Shown here in pieces: positions 24,158 through 32,000 of a stretch of DNA of 32,000 nt (positions are counted from its first letter, which is position 1; every line of letters begins with the position of its first letter). This DNA is from Erysipelotrichaceae bacterium (GTDB taxonomy: Bacteria; Bacillota_I; Bacilli_A; Erysipelotrichales; Coprobacillaceae). Made by a program: the position numbers and the translations under genes. The stretch covers positions 2,759-34,758 of the forward strand of contig JAQVDW010000020.1 of assembly GCA_028698185.1 (NCBI GenBank), given 5' to 3'. Under the pieces are notes generated by a model. That model had not been told where the DNA came from, did no database searches, and saw only the letters and a program-made list of their open reading frames with translations.

Positions 24158-25333
24158 TCAACCAATGCCTGTGCCCCTCTTGAAAACCAGCAGTTTCTGG
24201 TCGGTTAGCTGGATGGCTACAACAACCAGGCTGGTCGTCAAGGCGATCAGGACGAGATACCTTATCCCCACTAACGGGATTACCGCCGCCGCCATTGAAG
24301 ATCCAATCGCCGTCCCCAATTGGATGGCGGTCGAATTGATGCTGAGCATGAAGCTAGAACGGTTCTGGGTCATCTGGGCGATGCCTGAATTCAGCTGCAG
24401 TCCCGCAAACCAGGCGCTAAGCAGCCAGAAAATAAGTATTGCCACGCTCAACTTGGCCGAATTCCTGAAAACCAGTAACAGCACCATGGCAAGCCCCTGG
24501 AGGCTCATCCCAATAAGCAAGGTCTTGCCATAACCGATCCGGTCGCCGACCTGACCGCCCAAGAGATTTCCCGAAAAGCTGGCCAGCCCCAGAAACACCA
24601 GGATGATACTCATTGATTTTTCAAGGGTCGGGAAAACCAGCAGCATATAGGGGGTGATGTACGTATAGAACGCCCCATAGCCAACAAACATCATCAATGA
24701 CGAAAGAATCATCATCAGGATGTTGCGGTTCTTGAAATACTGGATCTCATTAGCCAGATTCAACCTGGTAGCTCCGTGGTCGCTTTCGGGCAGATTTCTT
24801 TGGAAATGGACCAGTGACAAGACCATTATTGCGTTCAGGATCCAAAAAATGATCCGCCAGTCGAAGACAACGATCAAGACCCGCGTCAGGGGAATTCCGA
24901 TAACCAGGGCCAACGAACTGCCCATAATGTAATAGGCCAGCGCCCTTCCCTGGCGCTCCTGTGGAGCCAAAGCCAGCACCGTGGCAATCGCCATCACGCC
25001 ATAGCTGTTGGCCGAAATCCCCATCACCAGCCGGACCGCCAGCAATTGCCCGAAATTCTGGGCGAAGACCAGGGCCAGGGTCATGATTATTGTAACCAGA
25101 AGCATGATTTTGAGGATCTTTGTCCGCTCGATTTTCCGGAACACAATCAGACTCAACGGAACCCCAAAAGCCGCGCCATACGAGTACATTGTATTGAGCA
25201 GTCCTGTATTGGCCACGGAAATGTCCAGCGAAAGCGCCACCTTGTCCAAGATCCCGTTGAACACAAAGGCCGTCATCGCCAAGACAAAGCTCATCAGCGT
25301 GAATACCATCAAAGTAATATTTGTTTTTCGCAT
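24158..25333 (-). CDS. MFS transporter (12 TM)
   Basis: 391 aa with uniformly hydrophobic helices, including the ..VFRKIERTK.. loop between TM2 and TM3. Confidence 0.85.
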   Translation of the reverse strand: MRKTNITLMVFTLMSFVLAMTAFVFNGILDKVALSLDISVANTGLLNTMYSYGAAFGVPLSLIVFRKIERTKILKIMLLVTIIMTLALVFAQNFGQLLAVRLVMGISANSYGVMAIATVLALAPQERQGRALAYYIMGSSLALVIGIPLTRVLIVVFDWRIIFWILNAIMVLSLVHFQRNLPESDHGATRLNLANEIQYFKNRNILMMILSSLMMFVGYGAFYTYITPYMLLVFPTLEKSMSIILVFLGLASFSGNLLGGQVGDRIGYGKTLLIGMSLQGLAMVLLLVFRNSAKLSVAILIFWLLSAWFAGLQLNSGIAQMTQNRSSFMLSINSTAIQLGTAIGSSMAAAVIPLVGIRYLVLIALTTSLVVVAIQLTDQKLLVFKRGTGIG

Positions 25334-25493
25334 CTTTCTCTCCCGAAACTGTGATTATATTTTGGTTTGCACTAAACAGTCACAATGGACTATACACCTT
25401 GAAGTTAGCTTTAGGTCAACGGGCACTACGTATTTTCTAAAATTGAAAAACCAACCCTAGTCGGCCAACGCCGATTTGCGTCATACAGACCAA

Positions 25494-26270
25494 TCAGGTC
25501 AATTTATTCATTATATTGACAAAACGCCCCTTGCTTATAGGATGGTGGCTGATTATTTTCCCGTCAAAGATCATGCAAAAACTCCCAAAAGGACATGGCG
25601 ATCGCTGAATCTGCTCTGGATTTTCAAGGTCGACAATCCTGAGTGTCAGATCGAATACCTCTTTTGCCGCCTTCTTTATTTCATTGACATTTTTATAGGT
25701 GTAGGGACACTGCACCGAACGCAAAATCGTCAGGCCTTTTTGGTATTGACCAAGACCCGAAGCCATATCAACCTTGAACTTGGGATCTTGATATGAATCA
25801 TCGAACTTTTTGACCAGCAGGTGAAAATCCGGCGCACATGAGTCAACCAGTACATATCCCGATTTCAAGAATATCCCGTCATCAACCATGAACGAACCCT
25901 TCCGGGTCACAACCGCCACCCCGGCCATCTTGGCTGCTTCAGCCTCTTTCTCGCATTCCCCGATCAGGGCTGTCGCATAACCCCGGCCTTTGTATTGCTT
26001 CTTGAACCCGACAAAAATGCAGTTGATGAACATATAGCCCTTTGCGTCCACCGGGCGATGCGCGTATTTTCCGGGGATGTACTCGATCATTCCCTGGTTA
26101 CCGCCATCATCAATAATGACGCTCTTGACTTTAAGCCCTAATGGATAGTACTTCTTGAACCAGTCGATCTTGTTTTGAAGTTCCGGATGCTTTCTGGCAT
26201 CCTTGTAGCCACAGACCCCAAAATCTTCAATGTTATCCGGGGTGATGTCAATTATCCGATAATCTTTCAT
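25494..26270 (-). CDS. GNAT N-acetyltransferase with a YoaP-like C-terminal domain
   Basis: The likely start is ATG 26270 (MKDYRIIDITPDN..), 8 nt after GAGGA; the track start is 26291. The GNAT core is ..FVGFKKQYKGRGYATALIGECEKEA... The C-terminal part ..CPYTYKNVNEIKKAAKE..SPCPFGSFCMIFDGKIISHHPIS resembles YoaP. Confidence 0.75.
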   Translation of the reverse strand: MKDYRIIDITPDNIEDFGVCGYKDARKHPELQNKIDWFKKYYPLGLKVKSVIIDDGGNQGMIEYIPGKYAHRPVDAKGYMFINCIFVGFKKQYKGRGYATALIGECEKEAEAAKMAGVAVVTRKGSFMVDDGIFLKSGYVLVDSCAPDFHLLVKKFDDSYQDPKFKVDMASGLGQYQKGLTILRSVQCPYTYKNVNEIKKAAKEVFDLTLRIVDLENPEQIQRSPCPFGSFCMIFDGKIISHHPISKGRFVNIMNKLT

Positions 26271-26328
26271 GTTATTCATCCTCATTTTCACCGATAACGC
26301 CCATATCCAAACTCCAAAATAATTAGGC

Positions 26329-26997
26329 TTAAAGACTCACGGTGATCAACCCCTCGATAACATCACCAACGCGTTTGAAACAGTCGCCCGAATACTCAAG
26401 GCGCTGGTATATTTCCTTCTTTTTGACGATTACCAGGGGATCTTTCTCATTCCTGAACAGTTCGAGCATACTTTTTGAATAGATGGCATCACCCTGTTCC
26501 TCAAGGTCGCTGATCGATTTGATTACGGCATTGATCTGGTCCCTTTTGACATTCTTGTAGCGCTTGAACAGGATCATCAGCTCGTTGATTCGCTCGCAAA
26601 GTTCCATGTTCACGCCAAGCAGCATTTTCATATATTCGTCACAGCCTTCAAGGTCCATTATATAGAAATGATTGGCGACCGACTCGATTGAATGCAATCC
26701 GGCATCGATTCCTTCCAATATCTCGATGATGTCCCGCTGGTCGATGGGCGTGATGAAAGCTTCTTCCACGAGCTTCAACGATTCATGGACATGCCGGGTC
26801 CCATTTTGTTTGAGCTCCTTGATACGCTCCAGTTCGTCCTTACCAAGACTGCCATTGCTCATGTTATCCTGCAAAATGTGGACCGCCGCCTGCGAGATGG
26901 CGACACCTTTGATGAACATATCGAAATATTCGACCTTCCGCCCGATAAAAATGCTTCTTATCCTGGCTCCCAAGGTTTTCTTTTTTTGATTTTTCAT
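26329..26997 (-). CDS. DUF47 (PhoU-like) phosphate-transport regulator
   Basis: ATG 26997 (MKNQKKKTLGARIRSIFIGRKVEYFDMF..) follows GGAGG. It lies 13 nt downstream of the Pit gene. Confidence 0.8.
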   Translation of the reverse strand: MKNQKKKTLGARIRSIFIGRKVEYFDMFIKGVAISQAAVHILQDNMSNGSLGKDELERIKELKQNGTRHVHESLKLVEEAFITPIDQRDIIEILEGIDAGLHSIESVANHFYIMDLEGCDEYMKMLLGVNMELCERINELMILFKRYKNVKRDQINAVIKSISDLEEQGDAIYSKSMLELFRNEKDPLVIVKKKEIYQRLEYSGDCFKRVGDVIEGLITVSL

Positions 26998-27010
26998 TTC
27001 ATGACCTCCA

Positions 27011-28024
27011 TTAGAAAATAAGCCACAGGGTGCGCAACCCAAGTGAAAACACGTATCCTAAAGTCACACAGACAGGAAATGTGATCAGCCAGGCCATGAT
27101 TATTTCCTTGGCCACAGTCCAGTTGACCCGGTTTAGGCCGTTGGCGGCACCAGCCCCCATCATCGAGGCGCCCTTGGTGTGGGTGATGCTCAAAGGGATG
27201 CCAAAAAGCGTCGATGCGATCATGCTTATTGAAGCCACCATTTCCGCGGCGAAACCCTGGTACTTTTCCAGATGGACCATTTTCATTCCGAGCCGTTTGA
27301 TCACCCGGTAACCCCCGGCCGATATTCCGGCACTCATTATTAAGGCGATAAGGGGCAGGACCCAAAGAGGGAATTCAATAACACCCGAACCCGGCAAGGG
27401 ATATGTTTCACTGACAACCAGAGCGAAATAGATGATTCCTAGAAATTTCTGACCATCCTGGGCCCCATTGGCCATGGTGATAAGGCAGACGCTGACAATC
27501 TGGCCGATTGAAAAAATCCGATTCGCGGCATGCCGGCGCATGTTGCGACATGTTGTCTTGATAATATTGGTGATCGCAAAGCTCAGGCCATATCCCACCA
27601 AAGTGGATATAACCATTCCCAGAACGACCTTGACGATCGAGTCCAGGTTGATTGTTACCAAACCGCCATAACCAATCCCCGCCCCAATCAAGGCCGATAC
27701 CATGGAATGGGTCGAACTGGTCGGAATCCCGTAACGCCACGCCAGCAAAGCCCAGACGATCATCGCCAGTTGGACGCCTGCCAGGGTGACCAGGGCAGCC
27801 GGCCCGGATCCGATTGAAGCGATATTGGCCATGGTTGCCGCCACCGCGTAGCCTAGCACGAATATTCCCAGCAGATTGAAAACCATCCCGACAAAAATCG
27901 CCGCCTTCGGGCTGAGCACCCGGGTCGAGATGACGGCCGCCAGGGCGTTAGGCGCATCGGTAAGGCCGTTGAGAAAGATTGATACCCCAATCAGACCGAT
28001 CACAATAATAAGCAGCACAGACAT
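27011..28024 (-). CDS. pit: inorganic phosphate transporter, PiT (PHO4) family
   Basis: ATG 28024 (MSVLLIIVIGLIGVSIFLNGLTDAPNALAAVISTR..) follows AGGGGTGA. The GxxDAxNA motif occurs at the start and is repeated later as ANGAQDGQKFLG. Confidence 0.88.
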   Translation of the reverse strand: MSVLLIIVIGLIGVSIFLNGLTDAPNALAAVISTRVLSPKAAIFVGMVFNLLGIFVLGYAVAATMANIASIGSGPAALVTLAGVQLAMIVWALLAWRYGIPTSSTHSMVSALIGAGIGYGGLVTINLDSIVKVVLGMVISTLVGYGLSFAITNIIKTTCRNMRRHAANRIFSIGQIVSVCLITMANGAQDGQKFLGIIYFALVVSETYPLPGSGVIEFPLWVLPLIALIMSAGISAGGYRVIKRLGMKMVHLEKYQGFAAEMVASISMIASTLFGIPLSITHTKGASMMGAGAANGLNRVNWTVAKEIIMAWLITFPVCVTLGYVFSLGLRTLWLIF

Positions 28025-28196
28025 TTTCCAATTCACCCCTGACCATCGCACTTTTAGAATTCAAAAAATAACCATCACGTGAGCCTCCTGAATTTACCAG
28101 GATCCGATTTATTACATTATAACCCCAAAAGCGCTTACGGACAAGTTCGACAGATTGCCGGAATCACATGGGTTTTGGACCAGATGTCCATCATCT

Positions 28197-28835
28197 TCAT
28201 CCTTTCGGGCAGCAACATTCGTCATTTTTTCCAAAACTCCGTACATTCGATACTGCTTCAATGAAGTGTGGTATAAATTTTTCAACAGGAAATAACACGG
28301 AAAATTGACCGCAGGTTTTGGGTGCTCCAGGACCTGGAGCGGTCAAAAAAAATAGCATTCGGCCATAAGAAGCTCGTTCCAAAACTTCATGCTATAGACC
28401 TTCGCCGGGGCATTTGGAGTGTTACGGGGCAACATTCTGGTCAACGCCCAAACCGGATTGGGGAGACTTTTTGCCCAGATTATGGCTTTGCAGTTCTTGA
28501 ACCCGGATTTTAGCGTAATCCAGTTTGCAACAATAAGCCGCATCACCATTGGAATCACGTTCGGGGTTGCCTGCATGGTCAAGGTGCATATGCGAAATGA
28601 TGACCTCCTTGACATCCTCGGCCTTTATTTTGCACTTGGCCATGATATTTTCAAGATCTGCAATTTGGAAATTGGATACCCCTATGGCTGTTATCTCCCT
28701 CGCGATATGCTTATTCCAATGCTTCTACGGCAACCCCGGCAACTTCATTGTCTGGAATTTTCCAGGTTCCCGCTCCAAAAACGGACATTATTACACCGTT
28801 TGCCAATTTAATCGTTTCAACCGTCGTTTTTTATC
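28197..28835 (-). pseudogene. chimeric gene remnants: aldo/keto reductase pieces joined to an MBL-fold (lactonase-like) piece
   Basis: The minus strand reads:
- KTTVETIKLANGVIMSVFGAGTWKIPDNEVAGVAVEALE-TAA (AKR N-terminus, no start codon, A6 run at 28827-28832)
- a frame change to ..HIAREITAIGVSNFQIADLENIMAKCKIKA (the AKR IGVSNF block; about 100 codons are missing between the two pieces)
- then, in the same frame, EDVKEVIISHMHLDHAGN (the HxHxDH motif of MBL-fold hydrolases)
Downstream sequence is scrambled across frames. Confidence 0.45.
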
Positions 28836-28892
28836 ACTCCACTGATCATCTCATGTAATCACAGGAACTCCTGGTGGGAATTTAAAATGCCT

Positions 28893-28933
28893 AATTAAAA
28901 TAGGGTGTTATGCCTATGCGACATAACACCCTA
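28893..28933 (-). terminator. intrinsic terminator of the ABC operon
   Basis: A 12-bp perfect stem pairs TAGGGTGTTATG (28901-28912) with CATAACACCCTA (28922-28933). On the minus strand it is followed by TTTTAATT. Confidence 0.75.
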
Positions 28934-28970
28934 CTGTACCATCTCGAGACACCCTACTTCGTTGTGCTTC

Positions 28971-29648
28971 TCATGTCTGGATTTGCTTCTTCTTTCCCCT
29001 GATTTTCAGTGGAGTAAGTTCATATATGGCATCGGCAACCTTGGCCACCTCGGGCGAGTGAGTCACGATGATCACGCATTTGTTTTCATGGTGGGCCAGG
29101 TCGCTAAAAATGTTCATGATTTCTTCCTGGGTGGCTAGATCGAGGTTTCCGGTAGGCTCATCAGCCAGAATGATGTTCGGTTCAAATGAAAGGGCCCGGG
29201 CGATCGCCACCCGCTGCTGTTCCCCGCCCGAAAGCTTCAGGATCCGCCTTTGGGCCAGCGACTCGTCAAGCCTGACCTTCTCGAGCAGACCCAGGGCCTT
29301 CTGGCGCCTGTCCTTGATTGCCTTGTTTGAGGCCCGCATCGACAACTCGACATTTTCCACGGCAGTGAGATGAGGCAGGAGGTTGAACTGCTGAAAGACG
29401 ACCCCGACATAGGCGCTGCGGTACTTGTACCGGTCTATTTTTTGGATGTCCTGCCCTTCGAACAGGATTGTTCCTTCTGTTGGAGTCGCCAGGCCGCTAA
29501 GCATCGACAGCAATGTCGTCTTGCCCGCTCCAGAACGGCCTACAATGGCATATACCTTGCCCTGTTCGAATTCATAGGATAACCCATCGATTACTTTTTC
29601 ACCTTTGGCATATTGGTAGCCAATGTTCGTTAATGAGAGAATGCTCAT
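28971..29648 (-). CDS. ABC transporter ATP-binding protein (MacB/LolD-FtsE type)
   Basis: 225 aa with [11 protein letters not shown] (Walker A), [15 protein letters not shown] (signature), [11 protein letters not shown] (Walker B) and the H-loop VTHS. Confidence 0.92.
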   Translation of the reverse strand: MSILSLTNIGYQYAKGEKVIDGLSYEFEQGKVYAIVGRSGAGKTTLLSMLSGLATPTEGTILFEGQDIQKIDRYKYRSAYVGVVFQQFNLLPHLTAVENVELSMRASNKAIKDRRQKALGLLEKVRLDESLAQRRILKLSGGEQQRVAIARALSFEPNIILADEPTGNLDLATQEEIMNIFSDLAHHENKCVIIVTHSPEVAKVADAIYELTPLKIRGKKKQIQT

Positions 29649-29664
29649 GTTTTTTCCTTCTTTC

Positions 29665-31182
29665 TTAAGATCGGTTCGACAATATTTTCAGCGGGTCATA
29701 TCGCAATACAAAGACAATTCCTGCCAGCGATGACACCACAGTCAACAATACCCCGATGCCGACTAGTTCAACCAGGATTTCCACATCTACCGTCGCGTCG
29801 ATTGTATCGATATATGAAGTTGACGCGGCGGTTGCACCGGTACCTGAAAGGACCATGTCGCCCCCGCGGCCGAAATTTCGTTCCTGGGTTGTTGCGGTTG
29901 TTTCCTGTGACTCGATTTGCGAAGCCAGCAGGCTATTGGACACCGGCACTGAAGCGACTGCGCCGATTCCCGTTCCAATGATGATGGCAATCAAAGTCAC
30001 GATCATCAGCTCGCTTACAAACTGGGCCGCAACTTTCGACTTCCTAATTCCAATCGCGGTCAGCACACCGATTTCATATTTGCGTTCACGGATATTGAAA
30101 ATATTGATGACGACCAGGATGACCGCCCCGACCGCCAAAATTATCACTAGCAAAGTCAAGGCGAAATCGTTCAGGCTTTCAAGCGGCACCAGGCTCGCTT
30201 CATAACTGCTCAGATCACTTGAAACCAGGGTGTAATATTCCGACAATCCCCTGCTTGTGAGCTCATCGGCGAAACTGTCGTAATTTGCGGTGGAGTCAAA
30301 GACATAGGTCCCTGAGGGCTGCAGGGTCAAAGCGGTTGTGGTTTCATTACCGCTATCGTCGATCGATATAACCGCGTCAGTAGCCGACCGGGATTCGATG
30401 TCGCTTAGGGTGGCATAGCTAACGCAGATCAGGTTGGCCGAATCGTTAGCGGTCCCGAACATCAGCTCCCCGCTGCCGGTCGAACTGCTCGTATTCGTCT
30501 ATATCCCGGCAATCGTCAGGACATATGATTCATCGGTATTGTTCGGATTGGCCAGAGTTATCGTATCCCCGACCAAAAGCGAATTAAACAGGGCCAGTTC
30601 ACTGGAAATCAGACATTGATAGTCGGCTGCGCCCACATCGAACACCGACCCGTCAGTCACTTGCGATTCCCCGGATAAAAACGCGCTCATGGCCGATTCA
30701 CTTGAATATCCGGTTATGGAAAAATCACCCATCGTCACTGTGCCACCTTTGGCTCCGCCTCCAGGCATGATCGAAGAATCGCCGCTTGTATCGCTGCCCG
30801 TCGAATACGGCTCCAGATCGCCTCTGGCATCAAGTGAAGCCGACCCCGTGTAGTAGAAATCTATGACATAGTCGGAATCCGCATATGTCTGCATTTGTTC
30901 AAGCGACAGACTCGAATACTGGGACATCAGCTCCCGCATGTCGGACATGCTTGAATCGCCAGAATCGCTTTGGGCGCTTTCCATCAGCGCCTGCCGGTCA
31001 ACCGAAATCGTCCCCGTTATCGTCTGGGACTGTAGACCTGATTCCTTGGCGGAATCGGCAGCGGTTCTTATCGCCAGGGCGATGCTCGTCGAAACCGCGA
31101 TTGTCAAAACTATTATCCCAATCAGGATGTTCCGCCCTTTCGAGCGGGTGATGCTTTTGAATGCATTGATCAATATCAACAT
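29665..31182 (-). pseudogene. FtsX/MacB-type ABC permease interrupted by one in-frame TAG
   Basis: Track ORFs 30499..31182 and 29665..30462 are in the same frame. Reading continues ..ESYVLTIAGI-TAG(30499-30501)-TNTSSSTGSGELMFGTANDS... The protein has an N-terminal TM, a large extracytoplasmic domain and a C-terminal FtsX 3-TM module (..IRERKYEIGVLTAIGIRK..). I see no other lesion. Confidence 0.85.
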
Positions 31183-31474
31183 AATGTCTTCCTTTCAATT
31201 TATCTCAATGTCGATTTTTATCTTTAATGAACCAGTCCGATCGTCAACTTTGAAGCATTTGTGCCAGTCGGCAATGACTGCCCAGTTGGATCATCTCCCC
31301 ATCAATCTCTATGGTCAAGTCCTCCTTTTCCCCACTTGTTCAAACCCTCGACAATCTTAACAGCCCAAACTTAAATGTACCTTAAATTCCAAAGTCTCAT
31401 TGATAATCAAGACGGACAATTTATCGGAGTCTGCCCAAAATGAAAATAGACATATCCGGTTTATTTACCAACGT

Positions 31475-31510
31475 CAAAAAACCGCCCCAGATCGAATGAT
31501 CGGGGCGGTT
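31475..31510 (-). terminator. intrinsic terminator downstream of the cupin gene
   Basis: ACCGCCCCAGATC .. GATCGGGGCGGT with one bulge. On the minus strand it is followed by TTTTTT. Confidence 0.7.
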
Positions 31511-31617
31511 CCTGATTAAAATCCATATTCAATGTTTAGTGTCGACAATGACGTGTCCCTAGAAAAAGGCAATCTAAATACGATTCCCAGCGACCATTAG
31601 GCCACTGCGTGAAAGAT

Positions 31618-31941
31618 TTACTTGTTATAATTCTGCGGCGCCGGCGCTTTCACGACTATGAGTTCCAATACATCGTTATCGCAGTTTTTGACGTTCATTT
31701 TGGTGTTATAGGGAATTTCCAATAGCGATCCCTTTGAGTACTGATGCTCATCTTGGTCATTCAATCCGATGGTCAACTTGCCTCTGATCACATTCATGTA
31801 AACATTGGAATTGGAATAATGTTCCGGAAGTCCTTCATCCTTATTGAATACCATATGTAAATAATTCACATTTTCATCCATTATCAGTTTTTCAACTGCC
31901 ATTTCATCGCTCGTGCTATATTTATAAACTTTTTCAATCAT
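31618..31941 (-). CDS. cupin-domain protein
   Basis: 107 aa. The sequence ..GLPEHYSNSNVYMNVIRGKLTI.. resembles the cupin_2 core. Confidence 0.7.
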   Translation of the reverse strand: MIEKVYKYSTSDEMAVEKLIMDENVNYLHMVFNKDEGLPEHYSNSNVYMNVIRGKLTIGLNDQDEHQYSKGSLLEIPYNTKMNVKNCDNDVLELIVVKAPAPQNYNK

Positions 31942-32000
31942 TTTTAAACCTCTCTTTCATTCGTCATAATATAATGGTACTAGAACAAGTATAATCCAAT

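Noticed and set aside
28324-28340. The perfect 17-bp palindrome GCTCCAGGACCTGGAGC next to an A8 run, considered as a terminator or an operator.
   Set aside because: The T-tract is on the wrong side of the hairpin for termination on either strand. The palindrome also lies inside scrambled pseudogene sequence with no intact downstream gene to regulate.
28560-28643. Calling track ORF 28422..28643 an intact MBL-fold hydrolase because of SHMHLDHAGN.
   Set aside because: It is only 73 aa. It lacks the remaining MBL metal-binding motifs, its N-terminal part is AKR-like, and its C-terminal part is non-homologous. I treat it as a remnant.
31200-31330. A possible ThiS/MoaD-like mini-ORF (LTIEIDGEMIQLGSHCRLAQMLQS) upstream of the ABC operon.
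   Set aside because: It has no usable start codon or RBS spacing, spans only 24 codons before a stop, and the resemblance to ThiS is vague. It may be another remnant, but the evidence is too thin to annotate.

Overview
This looks like a chromosomal segment from a Gram-positive-type (Bacillota-like) bacterium. It has AGGAGG-type ribosome-binding sites, sigma-A-like promoters and many rho-independent terminators, and TGA, TAA and TAG all serve as stops. I saw no rRNA, tRNA, CRISPR array, transposase, integrase or phage genes.

Gene content, in order:
- a partial clostridial-type citrate synthase
- a complete yybP-ykoY (Mn2+) riboswitch with a terminator expression platform, in front of a P2-type cation ATPase
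- a translationally coupled DUF2254 and patatin pair
- DUF4256
- an eight-gene Mbh-type Mrp cluster (mrpE-F-G, DUF4040 subunit, MbhE-like, mrpB-C-D) with no MrpA and no hydrogenase module
- msrB, pirin, DUF1801, an acyltransferase-3 and a CDF exporter
- corA, a GGDEF cyclase, DUF3795, mgsA and DUF2200
- a secreted NodB deacetylase with a recently duplicated peptidoglycan-binding domain
- an MFS transporter, GNAT-YoaP, Pit plus DUF47, a MacB/FtsX-type ABC exporter and a cupin

The most unusual property is gene decay. About 9 of roughly 41 gene-sized units are disrupted by frameshifts, internal deletions or gene remnants. Three gene-poor decay islands lie at about 17.1-18.45 kb, 20.9-21.75 kb and 28.1-28.85 kb. 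The two otherwise intact disrupted genes, corA and the ABC permease, each carry exactly one in-frame stop, and in both it is TAG.

I found no convincing new multi-gene system such as a defense island. The best leads are the Mn2+ riboswitch/ATPase unit, the stand-alone Mbh-like Mrp module with an extended DUF4040 subunit, the paired amber interruptions and the decay pattern.
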